DNA from: Vescimonas coprocola
GTDB lineage: Bacteria; Bacillota_I; Bacilli_A; RF39; UBA660
NCBI GenBank assembly: GCA_963660615.1
Contig: CAVKYE010000005.1
Span: 3,349-67,348 of the forward strand
DNA: 64,000 bases
Reading direction: 5' to 3'
The notes below the pieces were generated by a model, which had not been told where the DNA came from, did no database searches, and was given only the letters and a program-made list of their open reading frames with translations. This document shows positions 38,560 to 49,889 of the stretch, piece by piece. Positions within the stretch are counted from its first letter, which is position 1. Each line of letters starts with the position of its first letter. The position numbers were made by a program, and so were the translations under genes.

Positions 38560-38576
38560 GAAAGGATGATTTATAG

Positions 38577-38849
38577 ATGGCTAGAAGTTTAAAAAAAGGC
38601 CCTTATGTCTTTCCAAAACTTTTAAAGAGGGTCAGAGAATTAAACGAATCTGGAAAAAAAGAAGTAATTAAAACTTGGTCACGCCGTTCTACAATTTTTC
38701 CTGAATTTATTGGGCACACTTTTGCTGTACATAATGGTAAAGAATTCATCCCAGTTTATGTTACTGAAGATATGGTAGGACATAAATTAGGTGAGTTCTC
38801 ACCAACCCGTAAATTTGGCGGACACGGTGACGACAAGAAGAAAAAATAA
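38577..38849 (+). CDS. rpsS: 30S ribosomal protein S19
   Basis: [11 protein letters not shown].., [11 protein letters not shown]. Confidence 0.96.
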   Translation: MARSLKKGPYVFPKLLKRVRELNESGKKEVIKTWSRRSTIFPEFIGHTFAVHNGKEFIPVYVTEDMVGHKLGEFSPTRKFGGHGDDKKKK

Positions 38850-38870
38850 AACCAGGAAAGGATGAGGTAA

Positions 38871-39206
38871 ATGGAAGCTAAAGCAATCGCTAAGGGCGTA
38901 AGAATTGCACCAAGAAAAGCTCGTCTTGTAATCGATTTGATTCGTGGTAAGGACGTAAGCGAAGCGGATAAAATTTTAGCAAACCTTAATAAAGAAGCTT
39001 CAAGATTAATACGTAAAGTCTTAACCTCAGCAGTCGCAAACGCTGAAAACAACTTAGAACTTGACAAAGCAAACCTTTATGTTAAAGAAGCATATATAAA
39101 TGAAGGTAAAACAATGAAAAGAGGTAGAGCTGGTGCTAAAGGTAGACCAGACCCTATCCTAAAAAGAACAAGCCACATAACTGTTGTGGTTGCCGAAAAA
39201 AATTAA
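38871..39206 (+). CDS. rplV: 50S ribosomal protein L22
   Basis: [17 protein letters not shown]. Confidence 0.95.
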   Translation: MEAKAIAKGVRIAPRKARLVIDLIRGKDVSEADKILANLNKEASRLIRKVLTSAVANAENNLELDKANLYVKEAYINEGKTMKRGRAGAKGRPDPILKRTSHITVVVAEKN

Positions 39207-39224
39207 GCGAAGGAGGAAAAGCTG

Positions 39225-39905
39225 ATGGGTCAAAAAGTTAGTCCAGTCGGACTTAGAATCGGAATCAATAAAACTTGGGAATCATCATGGTATGCTGAAG
39301 GCAAGGATTTTGCTAAATACTTAAATAATGATTACAAGATCCGTAAATATTTAGAGAAAAAATTAACTGGCGCAGCAGTAGCAAATATTCTTATTCAAAG
39401 AAGTAATGCTAAGACCGAAATTATCATTAACACCGCTAAGCCTGGTGTTGTAATCGGTCATGGTGGGGATGAGATTGAAAAGATTAGAAAAGAATTATCT
39501 AAGTTAGTTTCTGAAGATATTCATATTTCTATTAAAGAAATCAAAAATCCTAATATGTTAGCAGCACTTGTTGCTGAAAATATTGCTCACCAAATTGAAA
39601 ATCGTGTATCATTTAGAGTTGCTCAAAAGAAAGCAATTAGAAATGTTATGAAATCAGGAGCAAAAGGAGTTAAAACTTTAGTATCAGGACGTTTGAATGG
39701 CGCTGAAATCGCTAGAAGCGAGGGCTATACTGAAGGTACTATTCCACTTCATACTTTAAGAGCTGATGTTGATTATGCTCATAAAGAAGCTAATACTGTT
39801 TATGGTAAGATTGGTGTAAAAGTATGGATTTATAAAGGAGAAATTCTTCCTGAAAAGAAAAATAAGGGAGGCGTTAAGAATGGCAGTTATTCCAAAAAGA
39901 ACTAA
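39225..39905 (+). CDS. rpsC: 30S ribosomal protein S3
   Basis: [13 protein letters not shown].., KH domain GVVIGHGG. Confidence 0.96.
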   Translation: MGQKVSPVGLRIGINKTWESSWYAEGKDFAKYLNNDYKIRKYLEKKLTGAAVANILIQRSNAKTEIIINTAKPGVVIGHGGDEIEKIRKELSKLVSEDIHISIKEIKNPNMLAALVAENIAHQIENRVSFRVAQKKAIRNVMKSGAKGVKTLVSGRLNGAEIARSEGYTEGTIPLHTLRADVDYAHKEANTVYGKIGVKVWIYKGEILPEKKNKGGVKNGSYSKKN

Positions 39906-40311
39906 ATATCGCCGTCCACATCGTCTAAGATATGACGGTGTAACTAGAGGAAATAAAGAGGTCCATTTTGGGGACTATGGTTTAATGGCTATGGAAGGTG
40001 CTTGGATTACTCAAAGGCAGATCGAAGCAGCCAGAGTTGCTATGACTCGTTATATGAAACGTGGAGGTAAAGTTTGGATAAACATTTTCCCTCATTTATC
40101 ATTAACTAAAAAGCCACTTGAAACCAGACAAGGTAAAGGTAAAGGTGCTCCAGAAGAGTGGGTAGCAGTAGTTAAAAAAGGTAAAGTTATGTTTGAAATA
40201 GCTGGTGTAAGTGAAGAAGTAGCTCGTGAAGCTTTACGTCTAGCAATGCATAAGCTTCCTATTAAATGTAAGTTCGTTAAGAAAGAAAGTGGTGAAGGAA
40301 ATGAAAATTAA
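39880..40311 (+). CDS. rplP: 50S ribosomal protein L16
   Basis: [11 protein letters not shown].., [18 protein letters not shown] inside the rpsC 3' end. Confidence 0.94.
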   Translation: MAVIPKRTKYRRPHRLRYDGVTRGNKEVHFGDYGLMAMEGAWITQRQIEAARVAMTRYMKRGGKVWINIFPHLSLTKKPLETRQGKGKGAPEEWVAVVKKGKVMFEIAGVSEEVAREALRLAMHKLPIKCKFVKKESGEGNEN

Positions 40312-40495
40312 TGAAATCAGAGAATTAAGCGTTGAAGAAATTAATGCAAAGATTGCTGAATGCAAAGAAGAATTATTTAATTTACGTTTCGCATCAGCTG
40401 CTGGAACTCTTGAAAAGCCATCAAGGATTAGAGAACTTAGAAAGGATATCGCGAAGATGAAAACTATCTTACGTGAACGCGAATTACAAAAATAG
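40301..40495 (+). CDS. rpmC: 50S ribosomal protein L29
   Basis: [33 protein letters not shown] at 40301 overlaps the rplP end. Confidence 0.93.
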   Translation: MKINEIRELSVEEINAKIAECKEELFNLRFASAAGTLEKPSRIRELRKDIAKMKTILRERELQK

Positions 40496-40504
40496 GAGGG
40501 TATT

Positions 40505-40759
40505 ATGGAAAAGAAACGTGAACTAATTGGAAAAGTTGTTAGTGCTGCTAACGACAAAACTATTACTGTTTTGGTAGAAACTTATACTAAAGACAAACTT
40601 TACAAAAAAAGAGTAAAATACTCTAAAAAATATGCTGCTCATGATGAAAAAAATGAAGCGAAACCAGGCGACACTGTCAGAATTGCCGAAACAAGACCAC
40701 TTTCAAAGACTAAGCATTATCGTTTAGTTGAAGTAGTAGAAAAAGCAGTTGTACTATAA
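40505..40759 (+). CDS. rpsQ: 30S ribosomal protein S17
   Basis: [17 protein letters not shown].., operon order. Confidence 0.95.
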   Translation: MEKKRELIGKVVSAANDKTITVLVETYTKDKLYKKRVKYSKKYAAHDEKNEAKPGDTVRIAETRPLSKTKHYRLVEVVEKAVVL

Positions 40760-40782
40760 CTGCGGGTAAGGAGGATTAATAT

Positions 40783-41151
40783 ATGATTCAAGCAGAAACC
40801 CGTTTAAAAGTAGCTGACAACTCTGGTGCTCGTGAACTATTAGTAATTGGAGTATTAGGTGGCAGCAAAGTCAAAACCGGGAATATAGGAGATATTGTTG
40901 TCGGAACTGTTAAAAAGGCAACACCAAACGGTACTGTTGGCAAAGGAAAAGTTGTTAAAGCAGTTATCGTTAGAACTAAACAGGGTCTAAGAAGAGAAGA
41001 TGGTTCTTATATTAAATTTGATGATAATGCTTGTATTATTATCAAGGATGATAAGACACCAGTTGGTACTCGTGTATTTGGACCTATTGCACGTGAATTA
41101 CGTGACAAAGATTTTATGAAAATAGTATCACTTGCGAAAGAAGTACTATAA
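40783..41151 (+). CDS. rplN: 50S ribosomal protein L14
   Basis: [18 protein letters not shown]. Confidence 0.97.
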   Translation: MIQAETRLKVADNSGARELLVIGVLGGSKVKTGNIGDIVVGTVKKATPNGTVGKGKVVKAVIVRTKQGLRREDGSYIKFDDNACIIIKDDKTPVGTRVFGPIARELRDKDFMKIVSLAKEVL

Positions 41152-41168
41152 TCGTTTGGAGGAATAAT

Positions 41169-41477
41169 ATGAAACTAAAACAAGGAGATAAAGTAGTTGT
41201 CATTGCTGGAAAAGATAAAGGCAAAGAAGGCAAAATTATTAAAACCCTTAGAGCCGATGATAAAGTCATCGTTGAAGGTGTTAATATCGCCCATAAGCAT
41301 GTTAAACCAAACGGTGGACAAAATGGTGAAATTATCGAAATCGAAAGACCAATTCATGTATCTAACGTTATGATAATCGATCCAAAGACTAAGAAAGCAA
41401 CAAGAATCGGACATACAACTACAAAAGAAGGTAAAAAGATTAGAGTGTCAAGAAAATCAAATGAAAAACTTGACTAA
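41169..41477 (+). CDS. rplX: 50S ribosomal protein L24
   Basis: [20 protein letters not shown] (KOW motif). Confidence 0.95.
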   Translation: MKLKQGDKVVVIAGKDKGKEGKIIKTLRADDKVIVEGVNIAHKHVKPNGGQNGEIIEIERPIHVSNVMIIDPKTKKATRIGHTTTKEGKKIRVSRKSNEKLD

Positions 41478-41497
41478 ACCTGAAAGGAGGGTATTAC

Positions 41498-42037
41498 ATG
41501 AACCGCCTAAAAGAAAAATATAATAAAGAAATCGTGCCTAATTTAAGAGAAAAATATAATTATAAAAGTGTAATGGAATTACCTAAGTTAGATAAAATTG
41601 TTGTAAACATGGGTGTTGGAGATGCGACTGGAAATTCTAAGTTATTAGATGCTGCGGTAGCTGATTTGGAAATTATTACAGGTCAAAAACCAGTTGTTAC
41701 TCGTGCTAAGAAGGCTATTGCTGGATTTAAGGTTAGACAAGGTCAAGCAATTGGTTGTAAGGTTACTCTAAGAGGGGAAAATATGTATAACTTCTTAGAT
41801 AAATTAATTAGTATAACATTACCACGTGTTAGAGACTTTAGAGGTATTAGTACTAAGTCATTTGATGGTAGAGGTAACTATACTTTAGGTCTTAATGAAC
41901 AATTAATTTTCTCAGAAATCGAATATGATAACGTTGTTAAAGTGCGCGGAATGGATATTGTATTTGTTACAACTGCAAAATCTAATGAAGAAGCTTTAGA
42001 TTTGCTAAAAGGTTTCGGTATGCCATTTAAAAAATAA
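41498..42037 (+). CDS. rplE: 50S ribosomal protein L5
   Basis: [14 protein letters not shown].., LPRVRDFRG. Confidence 0.96.
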   Translation: MNRLKEKYNKEIVPNLREKYNYKSVMELPKLDKIVVNMGVGDATGNSKLLDAAVADLEIITGQKPVVTRAKKAIAGFKVRQGQAIGCKVTLRGENMYNFLDKLISITLPRVRDFRGISTKSFDGRGNYTLGLNEQLIFSEIEYDNVVKVRGMDIVFVTTAKSNEEALDLLKGFGMPFKK

Positions 42038-42054
42038 CAAATTAGGAGGAAATT

Positions 42055-42240
42055 ATGGCTAGAAAAAGTATGATTGTAAAAGCTAATAGGAAGCCAAAGT
42101 ATAAGGTTCGTGCTTACACAAGATGTCAAATCTGTGGTAGACCACATTCTGTACTTAGAAAATATGGTATATGCCGTATTTGCTTTCGAAATTTAGCTTA
42201 TAAAGGACAAATACCAGGTGTTAGAAAATCAAGTTGGTAA
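42055..42240 (+). CDS. rpsN: 30S ribosomal protein S14, zinc-binding type Z (61 aa)
   Basis: [20 protein letters not shown]. Confidence 0.95.
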   Translation: MARKSMIVKANRKPKYKVRAYTRCQICGRPHSVLRKYGICRICFRNLAYKGQIPGVRKSSW

Positions 42241-42267
42241 AACACTGGTTAAGAAGGGAGGATATAT

Positions 42268-42663
42268 ATGGTAACAGATCCAATCGCCGATATGCTTACG
42301 AGAATTCGTAATGCTAATCAAATGCGATATACAGAAGCCCAAGTACCCGCTTCTAAAATTAAGATGGATATTGCTAGAATTTTAAAAGAAGAAGGCTATA
42401 TTAAAGATTATAAGATAGCTAAAGGTGATGTTCAAGATAATATTGTTTTATCTCTTAAATATGGAGATAAGAAACAACGTGTAATTACTGGTCTTAAAAG
42501 AATTTCAAAACCAGGATTGCGTGTTTATGCGAAAGCTGATGAAATTCCACAAGTGCTTAATGGTTTAGGTATTGCTATTGTGTCTACATCTCAAGGTGTT
42601 ATGACTGGTAAGGATGCTAAGGCTAAGTCACTTGGTGGTGAAGTGTTAGCTTATGTTTGGTAG
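42268..42663 (+). CDS. rpsH: 30S ribosomal protein S8
   Basis: [13 protein letters not shown]. Confidence 0.96.
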   Translation: MVTDPIADMLTRIRNANQMRYTEAQVPASKIKMDIARILKEEGYIKDYKIAKGDVQDNIVLSLKYGDKKQRVITGLKRISKPGLRVYAKADEIPQVLNGLGIAIVSTSQGVMTGKDAKAKSLGGEVLAYVW

Positions 42664-42680
42664 AAAGTGAGGATATGAAG

Positions 42681-43211
42681 ATGAGTCGAATTGGAAATAG
42701 AGTATTAGAATTACCTGATAATGTTACAGTTACTATTTCAGGAAATATCGTTACTGTTAAAGGCCCTAAGGGTGAACTTTCTACTGAAATTAATAAAAAT
42801 ATTACTGTTAAGGTAGAAGGAAATGAACTAAAGGTCGAAAGAAAAAGCGATGCATTTAAAAATTTCCATGGAACAGCTAATGCCAATATCAAGAATATGA
42901 TTATTGGTGTCACTGATGGATTTGAAAAACAGCTAGAGTCTGTTGGTGTCGGATATCGTTTTGCCGTTAAGGGTAATGAAGTAGTTGTTACTGCTGGTTA
43001 TTCTCATCCAGTTAATGTTAAGATTCCTGAAGGTATTACTGTGGAATCTCCAAGTAATACTGAACTTACTATTAAGGGTTCTGATAAACAACTTGTTGGT
43101 GAGTTTGCGGCAAACATCAGAAAGATAAGGGAACCTGAACCTTATAAGGGTAAAGGTATTCGTTATAAGGATGAACATATTATCCGTAAAGTTGGTAAGA
43201 AAGCTGCTTAA
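42681..43211 (+). CDS. rplF: 50S ribosomal protein L6 (start ATG 42681 or 42675)
   Basis: [12 protein letters not shown].., [10 protein letters not shown]. Confidence 0.93.
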   Translation: MSRIGNRVLELPDNVTVTISGNIVTVKGPKGELSTEINKNITVKVEGNELKVERKSDAFKNFHGTANANIKNMIIGVTDGFEKQLESVGVGYRFAVKGNEVVVTAGYSHPVNVKIPEGITVESPSNTELTIKGSDKQLVGEFAANIRKIREPEPYKGKGIRYKDEHIIRKVGKKAA

Positions 43212-43234
43212 AATTAAATAAAGGAGAAGATATT

Positions 43235-43597
43235 ATGATAAAAAAAGAAAATCGTAATAAAGTGCGCCAGGCTAGACACACTAGAGTTAGAAATAAAGTT
43301 TCTGGTACTAAGGAAACTCCAAGACTAAATGTGTTTAGATCTAATAGTAACATCTTCGCCCAAATCATTGATGATAGTGAAGGTAAAACTTTAGTTAGTG
43401 CTTCTTCAATTGATAAAGAGTTGAAACTAGAGAATGGTGGAAACGTGGAAGCAGCTAGTAAAGTTGGCGAATTGATTGCTAAAAGAGCGAAAGAACAAAA
43501 AATTACCAAAGTCGTATTCGACAGAGGTGGATATCTATATCACGGACGTGTAAAGGCTTTGGCTGAAGCTGCTCGTGAGAATGGATTAGAATTCTAA
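43235..43597 (+). CDS. rplR: 50S ribosomal protein L18
   Basis: [18 protein letters not shown].., [16 protein letters not shown]. Confidence 0.95.
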   Translation: MIKKENRNKVRQARHTRVRNKVSGTKETPRLNVFRSNSNIFAQIIDDSEGKTLVSASSIDKELKLENGGNVEAASKVGELIAKRAKEQKITKVVFDRGGYLYHGRVKALAEAARENGLEF

Positions 43598-43609
43598 GGA
43601 GGGAAACAA

Positions 43610-44116
43610 GTGGAAACTAGAAGAAGAGAACCTCGTCCAAAATTGTATGACGAAGAAGTTATTAATATTGGAAGAGTTACAAAAGTAACCAAAGGTGGTC
43701 GTCAATTACGTTTCGCTGCTACTGTTGTTGTTGGGGACAGAAAAGGTAAAGTCGGAATTGGTTCCGGTAAAGCTCAAGAAGTTCCTGATGCTATTAAGAA
43801 AGCAGTTGCTGCTGCTACTAAGAATATAACTAAAGTAGCGCTTGTTGATGAGCACACAATCCCACATGAAGCTATTGGTGTAAGAGGAGCTAGTAAAGTT
43901 ATGCTTAAGCCTGCTTCTAAAGGTACCGGAGTTAAAGCCGGAGGTCCAGTTAGAGCTGTATTGGAGCTTGCTGGGGTTAAAGATATTTTATCAAAATCAC
44001 TTGGATCAAATACGAAAGTTAATATGGCATATGCAACGTTAAATGCACTTAAGATGCAAAGAACTGCTGAGGAAGTTGCTAAGTTACGTGGTAAAAAAGT
44101 GGAGGAGATTTTATAA
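43610..44116 (+). CDS. rpsE: 30S ribosomal protein S5 (GTG start)
   Basis: [16 protein letters not shown].., GTGVKAGG. Confidence 0.95.
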   Translation: METRRREPRPKLYDEEVINIGRVTKVTKGGRQLRFAATVVVGDRKGKVGIGSGKAQEVPDAIKKAVAAATKNITKVALVDEHTIPHEAIGVRGASKVMLKPASKGTGVKAGGPVRAVLELAGVKDILSKSLGSNTKVNMAYATLNALKMQRTAEEVAKLRGKKVEEIL

Positions 44117-44559
44117 TGAAGTTACATACAGTAAAACCTAATCCATATGCTACTAAAAATAGAAAGAGAGTTGGACGTGGACCTGGAAGTGGTACTGGTA
44201 AGACTGCTGGACGTGGTGAAAACGGACAAAATTCTAGAAGTGGCGGAGGAGTTAGAATTGGATTTGAAGGTGGTCAAACTCCTTTATTCAGAAGACTTCC
44301 AAAAAGAGGCTTCACTAATGCTAAATTTAAAAAGGTATATGCTACAATTAATTTAAGTGATTTGAATAGATTTGAGGATGGAGCTGAAGTTTCTCCTGAA
44401 ATCTTAAAAGATATGGGATTAATAAAGAACATGAAAGATGGTTTAAAAATCTTAGGTAATGGTAAGTTAGAGAAGAAGTTAACTGTTAAGGCTAATAAAT
44501 TTTCTTTAACTGCTAAAGAAGCTATAGAAAAAACAGGTGGAAAAGCTGAGGTGATCTAA
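44116..44559 (+). CDS. rplO: 50S ribosomal protein L15
   Basis: [31 protein letters not shown] overlaps the rpsE stop (TAATG), so there is no room for rpmD. Confidence 0.95.
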   Translation: MKLHTVKPNPYATKNRKRVGRGPGSGTGKTAGRGENGQNSRSGGGVRIGFEGGQTPLFRRLPKRGFTNAKFKKVYATINLSDLNRFEDGAEVSPEILKDMGLIKNMKDGLKILGNGKLEKKLTVKANKFSLTAKEAIEKTGGKAEVI

Positions 44560-45825
44560 TTGTTTAATAAATTTAAACAAATTTTTAGCCCAGCTAATAA
44601 AGATTTACGAAAAAAAATATGGTTTACTTTATTTTGCTTATTTATATTTAAGTTAGGTACGGCTGTTGTTGTGCCTGGTGTGGATAATGAAAACTTGAAT
44701 GTTGGTTTTCTTAAATTGCTTGATATGATGGGCGGAGGTGCAATGCAGAACTTTTCTATATTTGCACTTGGTGTAATGCCATATATTACGGCATCTATTG
44801 TGATGCAATTATTGCAAATGGATATTATACCGTATTTTACTGAACTTGCTAAGCAAGGTCAAACTGGTAGAAATAAGATTAATCAAATTACGAGGATTTT
44901 AGGTATTATTCTTGCTTTTATTCAGGGATATATGTTCTCGTTTGCGTTTATGCCAAATGGTGATGTTATGGATTATATGATGGTATCACTTGTGCTTACT
45001 GCGGGAACGGCCTTTCTTCTTTGGATGGGTGATCAGATTACTACTAAGGGAATTGGAAATGGAATATCTATGATTATTATGGCTGGTATTTTGGCTAGTA
45101 CTCCACATATGTTTACGGAAGCATGGGGTGCTTTAGTTGATACTGCTAGTACACAAACTATTTTCTTAGGTGTTTTATCTTTCTGTGTGTTTGTTCTTGT
45201 ATATGTTGCTGTTATTTTAGGTGTATTATATGTACAACTTGCAGAAAGAAGAATTCCAGTTCAATATGCTAATAAGACTAATAGTACTAGAGGTGCTAGC
45301 CAGACTTATATGCCGTTTAAATTAAATTCGGCTGGTGTTATTCCGGTAATCTTTGCTTCAGCTTTGATTTCGGTTCCAGCTTTGATTGCTCAGTTTGCTA
45401 AGAATGATGGATGGATGGCTTTTGTTAATAAATGGCTAAGTTTATCTTCTGTTACTGGATTTATTCTATTTATTGTATTTATTGTTTTGTTCTCATATTT
45501 CTATACGTTTATTACAATTAAACCTAAAGAATTATCTGAGAATTTAAATAAGAATGGTGGATATATCCCTGGGGTTAGACCTGGAGAGGAAACTGAGAAA
45601 TATGTTAGTAAGGTTTTAATTAGAATTACGGTAGTCGGCTCTATATTTTTAGCCGGTATTGCTGGTCTTCCATATATCTTTGGTTGGTTTTCTACACTTC
45701 CAACTGAGGTGTCTATTGGAGGAACTGGTTTAATCATCGTTGTTGGTGTTGTTCTTGAGGCTTATAAACAACTTGAGAGTAACTTGATTAGTCGTACTTA
45801 TAAGCAAAGAAGGAGAACTAGATAG
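44560..45825 (+). CDS. secY: preprotein translocase subunit SecY (TTG start)
   Basis: 10-TM protein, GVMPYITASIVMQLL, GDQITTKGIGNGISMII. Confidence 0.95.
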   Translation: MFNKFKQIFSPANKDLRKKIWFTLFCLFIFKLGTAVVVPGVDNENLNVGFLKLLDMMGGGAMQNFSIFALGVMPYITASIVMQLLQMDIIPYFTELAKQGQTGRNKINQITRILGIILAFIQGYMFSFAFMPNGDVMDYMMVSLVLTAGTAFLLWMGDQITTKGIGNGISMIIMAGILASTPHMFTEAWGALVDTASTQTIFLGVLSFCVFVLVYVAVILGVLYVQLAERRIPVQYANKTNSTRGASQTYMPFKLNSAGVIPVIFASALISVPALIAQFAKNDGWMAFVNKWLSLSSVTGFILFIVFIVLFSYFYTFITIKPKELSENLNKNGGYIPGVRPGEETEKYVSKVLIRITVVGSIFLAGIAGLPYIFGWFSTLPTEVSIGGTGLIIVVGVVLEAYKQLESNLISRTYKQRRRTR

Positions 45826-46469
45826 TGAATATTACCTTTTTAGCTCCTCCTGCTGCTGGTAAGGGGACTCAGTCGGCTAAGCTTAGTGAGAAGTATGGGA
45901 TACCTCATATTTCTACTGGTGATTTGCTTAGAGAATCTGATGATGAAGATGTTAAAGAAAAATTAAAAAGTGGGCTTTTTGTAAGTGATGAGCTTGTTAC
46001 TAAACTTTTGGAGGAAAGACTTAGAAAAGATGATTGCAAGAATGGTTTTATCTTGGATGGTTATCCTAGAAATGTTAGTCAGGCTTCTGCTTATGAATTG
46101 TTGTTACGTAAACTTGGGAAAAAAGGTATTGTTATTGTTTTAGATTTGGATGAGGCTACAGCATGTAGTAGAATTGTTGGTAGGCTTGTTTGTAAGAATT
46201 GTGGTGGAGTTTTTAATGACGAGATTGCTGAAGATATGCCTTTAGAATCTGGTGTTTGTGATTTTTGTCATCATTCTCTTACTAGACGTTCTGATGATAC
46301 TAAGGAAATTTTTTCTAATAGATTTCATATTTATGAGAAAGAGACAAAGCCTTTGATTACGTATTTTGAAGATAAGGGTATGGTTTACCACGTTGATAGT
46401 AGTAAACATACTAATGAAGTTTTTGAAGAAATTTTAAATATTATAGGAGGACTTTATGATAAGCATTAA
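45825..46469 (+). CDS. adk: adenylate kinase with zinc-lid
   Basis: [29 protein letters not shown] lid cysteines; GTG start. Confidence 0.94.
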   Translation: MNITFLAPPAAGKGTQSAKLSEKYGIPHISTGDLLRESDDEDVKEKLKSGLFVSDELVTKLLEERLRKDDCKNGFILDGYPRNVSQASAYELLLRKLGKKGIVIVLDLDEATACSRIVGRLVCKNCGGVFNDEIAEDMPLESGVCDFCHHSLTRRSDDTKEIFSNRFHIYEKETKPLITYFEDKGMVYHVDSSKHTNEVFEEILNIIGGLYDKH

Positions 46470-47202
46470 GACTCCAAGAGAGGTAGAGTTGCTTAGAGTT
46501 GCGGGTGAGATTACGGGTAGTACTCATAATTATTTGAAGCCGTTTATTAAGCCTGGAATTACAACTAAGGAACTTGATAAGTTAGCTTATGATTATATCA
46601 TAAGCAGAGGTGCAACTCCATCTTTTAAAGGTTATGATGGTTTTCCAGGAACTATTTGTGCTTCTGTTAATGAAGAAGTTGTTCATGGAATTCCTAGTAA
46701 TCGTAAATTGAAAGAGGGGGATATAATCTCTGTTGATATAGGTGCATGTTATAAAGGTTATCACGGTGATTCTGCATGGACCTATCCAGTTGGAAAGATT
46801 TCCAAGGAAAAGGAATATTTACTTACACATACTGAGAAATCACTTTTTGAAGGATTATCTGTTATTAAGGATGGTATTCATGTTGGTGATATTGGATATG
46901 CGGTTAGTAAGTATGCTGAAAGTCATAAATTAGGTGTTGTTAGGGAACTTGTTGGACATGGTGTTGGTACGGATGTCCATGAGGAACCTGATGTTCCAAA
47001 TTATGGTGATAAGGGCAAGGGCCCTATGCTTCGTGAAGGTATGGTTATTGCTGTTGAACCTATGCTTAATTTAGGGACTAGAAATATATTCATTTTGGAT
47101 GATGATTGGACTATTGTTACGGCTGATGATAGACCGTCAGCGCATTTTGAACATACGGTTCTCATTACTAAAGATGGATATGAAATATTAACCAGGAGGT
47201 GA
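46456..47202 (+). CDS. map: type I methionine aminopeptidase
   Basis: [28 protein letters not shown].. metal ligand pattern. Confidence 0.94.
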   Translation: MISIKTPREVELLRVAGEITGSTHNYLKPFIKPGITTKELDKLAYDYIISRGATPSFKGYDGFPGTICASVNEEVVHGIPSNRKLKEGDIISVDIGACYKGYHGDSAWTYPVGKISKEKEYLLTHTEKSLFEGLSVIKDGIHVGDIGYAVSKYAESHKLGVVRELVGHGVGTDVHEEPDVPNYGDKGKGPMLREGMVIAVEPMLNLGTRNIFILDDDWTIVTADDRPSAHFEHTVLITKDGYEILTRR

Positions 47203-47206
47203 TAAG

Positions 47207-47464
47207 ATGGCTAGAAAACAAAATGGTAAGTTTAAGAATACTGAAAAGAAAGCCAAAGAAGATGTTATCGAAGTTGAAGGATTAGTAACCGAGGTTATTC
47301 CAGGTGGGGATTTTATTATCAATCTCGAAAACAACCATGTTATCAAAGCTCGCGTTTCTGGTAAAATGCGTTTAAATCATATTCGTATTTTAAAAGGTGA
47401 CAAAGTAACAGTGGAATTATCACCTTACGATTTAACACGCGGGCGCATAACCTATAGAAAATAA
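47207..47464 (+). CDS. infA: translation initiation factor IF-1 (with ~13-aa N-terminal extension)
   Basis: VIEVEG.V.E..PGG.F...LENNH.I.A..SGKMR...[23 protein letters not shown] pattern. Confidence 0.92.
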   Translation: MARKQNGKFKNTEKKAKEDVIEVEGLVTEVIPGGDFIINLENNHVIKARVSGKMRLNHIRILKGDKVTVELSPYDLTRGRITYRK

Positions 47465-47478
47465 TAGGAGGTATATTT

Positions 47479-47592
47479 ATGAAGGTAAGACCATCAGTTA
47501 AAAAAATGTGCGACAAGTGCAAAATCATTAGAAGAAAAGGGAAAGTATTAGTTATTTGTGAAAACCCTAAACATAAACAAAGACAAGGTTAA
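47479..47592 (+). CDS. rpmJ: 50S ribosomal protein L36
   Basis: Not in the ORF track (37 aa). Hand translation: [46 protein letters not shown]. Confidence 0.93.
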   Translation: MKVRPSVKKMCDKCKIIRRKGKVLVICENPKHKQRQG

Positions 47593-47604
47593 GGAGGCGA
47601 AGAT

Positions 47605-47970
47605 ATGGCACGTATAAAAGGTGTAGATGTACCAAATAATAAAAGATCTGAAATCGCTTTAACATATATTTATGGAATTGGTAGAAGTTTGTCTAATAAA
47701 ATTCTAGAGTGTGCTAAGGTTGATAAAAATAAGAAGGCTGGAGATTTATCTAATGATGAATTAGCTAGAATTCGTGACGAAGTAAATAAATATGCTGTTG
47801 AAGGTGATTTACGTCGTGAAGTTAATATGAATATAAAAACAAAAATGGAAATTAATTCTTATCAAGGTACAAGACATAAAAGAGGATTACCTGTTAGAGG
47901 ACAAAGTACTAGAAGAAATGCTCGTACTCGTAAGGGTAAACCTGTTACTATCGCAAATAAGAAAAAATAA
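47605..47970 (+). CDS. rpsM: 30S ribosomal protein S13
   Basis: [14 protein letters not shown].., [15 protein letters not shown]. Confidence 0.96.
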   Translation: MARIKGVDVPNNKRSEIALTYIYGIGRSLSNKILECAKVDKNKKAGDLSNDELARIRDEVNKYAVEGDLRREVNMNIKTKMEINSYQGTRHKRGLPVRGQSTRRNARTRKGKPVTIANKKK

Positions 47971-47988
47971 TAAAGGAGGTTATGCCAA

Positions 47989-48372
47989 ATGGCTTATAAA
48001 GCAAGAAAACGTAAAGTTAAGAAAAATGTACCAGAGGGTAAAGCATTTATTCATTCTACCTTCAATAACACTATCGTAACTCTTACTGATAAAGAAGGTA
48101 ACGCGATTAGCTGGGCCTCAGCTGGAACATTAGGATTTAAAGGAAGCAAAAAATCAACTCCATTTGCGGCAGGTATGGCGGCTGAAGCTGCTGGTAAGGC
48201 TGCTGCTGAGATGGGTATGAAAAAGGTTGAGGTATTTGCTAAAGGTTTAGGTTCTGGACGTGAAACTGCTATTCGTTCTTTACAAACTGCAGGTTTAGAG
48301 ATTGCTTCAATTTCTGATACAACACCTATTCCACATAATGGATGTCGTCCACCAAAAAGACCACGTGGATAA
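47989..48372 (+). CDS. rpsK: 30S ribosomal protein S11
   Basis: [14 protein letters not shown].., [14 protein letters not shown]. Confidence 0.96.
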   Translation: MAYKARKRKVKKNVPEGKAFIHSTFNNTIVTLTDKEGNAISWASAGTLGFKGSKKSTPFAAGMAAEAAGKAAAEMGMKKVEVFAKGLGSGRETAIRSLQTAGLEIASISDTTPIPHNGCRPPKRPRG

Positions 48373-48390
48373 TAAGGAAAGGAGCCCTTT

Positions 48391-49338
48391 ATGAACTTTG
48401 AAAAACCAGAATATAAAATAACAGAGTATGTTGAAAATAATAATTATGGAAAATTCGAATTAGAGCCTTTGGAAAGAGGTTTCGGAAGAACATTAGGTAA
48501 TGCCTTAAGACGCGTTATGTTGTCTTCAATGCCTGGTAGTGCAATTGTTGCTGTTAAAATTGACGGTGTTATGCATGAGTTTCAAACTATGGAAGGTGTA
48601 GTTGAAGATGTTACTGCTATTATCTTGAATCTAAAAGGAATTGTTATTAAAAATAATTCTAAGGAGATTAAGAAGGCTCGTTTATCTGTTCACGATGAGA
48701 GAGTGGTTACTGCTGCTGATATTGAATGTGATTCAGATGTTGAAATTATTAATCCTGATAAGGTAATAGCTACGCTTGCTAAAGGCGGAAAATTAGATAT
48801 GGAATTTATCATTGCTAATGGACGCGGAGCAGTTCTTTCAAATGAGAATAAGAAATATATTAAAGATGAGGCTATTGGGTATATTGCTATTGATGCTTTA
48901 TATTCACCTATTGAAAGAATCAATTATTATATTGATAATGCTCGTGTTGGACAGGATGCTTCATTTGATAAATTAATTATGGAAGTGGAAACAAATGGTT
49001 CAATTAGACCTGAAGAGGCTATGGCATTAGGTGCTAAAATTTTAATTGAACACTTGAATATTGTCACTAACTTGAGTGAAATTGCTGATATCACTGGTAT
49101 TATGAATGCTAAGCAAGAGGATAGTAAGCTTAAGAAACTTGAGACGTCTATTGATGATTTAGATTTCTCTGTTAGAGCTTATAATTGTCTTAAAAGAGCA
49201 AATATTAATACTTTAGGTGATTTGACTGAAAAATCAGAATTAGAAATGATGAAAATACGTAATTTAGGTAAAAAATCTTTAAAAGAAGTTATGGATAAAA
49301 TTAAAGATATGGGGCTTAAATTCCGTGATGAAGATTAA
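48391..49338 (+). CDS. rpoA: DNA-directed RNA polymerase subunit alpha
   Basis: GFGRTLGNALRRVMLSS.., C-terminal domain LDFSVRAYNCLKRANI. Confidence 0.95.
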   Translation: MNFEKPEYKITEYVENNNYGKFELEPLERGFGRTLGNALRRVMLSSMPGSAIVAVKIDGVMHEFQTMEGVVEDVTAIILNLKGIVIKNNSKEIKKARLSVHDERVVTAADIECDSDVEIINPDKVIATLAKGGKLDMEFIIANGRGAVLSNENKKYIKDEAIGYIAIDALYSPIERINYYIDNARVGQDASFDKLIMEVETNGSIRPEEAMALGAKILIEHLNIVTNLSEIADITGIMNAKQEDSKLKKLETSIDDLDFSVRAYNCLKRANINTLGDLTEKSELEMMKIRNLGKKSLKEVMDKIKDMGLKFRDED

Positions 49339-49357
49339 TTAGTTAGGAGGAATATTA

Positions 49358-49714
49358 ATGGCTTATAGAAAATTAGGACGCGATAATAAACATAGAAGAA
49401 GTATGCTAGCTAATTTAACTAAGGATATCATTAATAATGAGAAAGTGATTACTACTGAAACTAGAGCTAAAGAGGCTCGTAAGTTTGTTGATAAGATGAT
49501 TTCTTATGGTAAGGATGGATCATTAGTTGCTAGAAGAAAAGCATTAGCATTCTTACAAAATGATAAAGCGACTGTTAAAAAAGTATTTGATGACTTAGCT
49601 GTTCGTTATGCTACTAGAAATGGTGGTTATACTAGAATTTTGAAATTAGACGAACGTAGAGGCGATGATGCTTTAATGGTTCAAATTGAATTAGTTGAAG
49701 GAGATACTAAATAG
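49358..49714 (+). CDS. rplQ: 50S ribosomal protein L17
   Basis: [15 protein letters not shown].., [13 protein letters not shown]. Confidence 0.95.
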   Translation: MAYRKLGRDNKHRRSMLANLTKDIINNEKVITTETRAKEARKFVDKMISYGKDGSLVARRKALAFLQNDKATVKKVFDDLAVRYATRNGGYTRILKLDERRGDDALMVQIELVEGDTK

Positions 49715-49724
49715 TATCTTTTTT
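49703..49724 (+). terminator. rplQ terminator
   Basis: GATACT-AAAT-AGTATC plus T6; includes the rplQ stop codon. Duplicated at 51222-51243. Confidence 0.6.
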
Positions 49725-49749
49725 CTTTACGTAAAGTGTGTTTTTTATA

Positions 49750-49798
49750 ATGATTTATGGAAAATATTACTTGTTTTTTTTTTTTTTTTTGATATCCT
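49750..49798 (+). promoter_or_regulatory. shared upstream element with T17 tract (TTGTTT -35-like, 16-nt spacer, TGaTATCCT)
   Basis: ATGATTTATGGAAAATATTACTTG + T17 (49774-49790) + GATATCCT. Confidence 0.5.
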
Positions 49799-49889
49799 TT
49801 AAAAGGAAGGACTAGATATTTAAAAATAAGAAGCAAATAAAATATGAATAAATATATAGTCATGTAAAAAGAAATGGAGTGATTAAATA

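Noticed and set aside
38756-43509. Minus-strand ORFs inside the ribosomal operon (38756-39067, 40240-40557, 41175-41414, 41878-42147, 42623-42913, 42933-43178, 43180-43509)
   Set aside because: They are antisense to highly conserved ribosomal protein genes and have no independent support.
49681-49863. Identical 60-aa minus-strand ORFs at 49681-49863 and 51200-51382
   Set aside because: They read through the poly-T/A tract (KKKKK), the rplQ terminator and the promoter element. Their identity simply reflects the 801-bp duplication, so they are not treated as genes.
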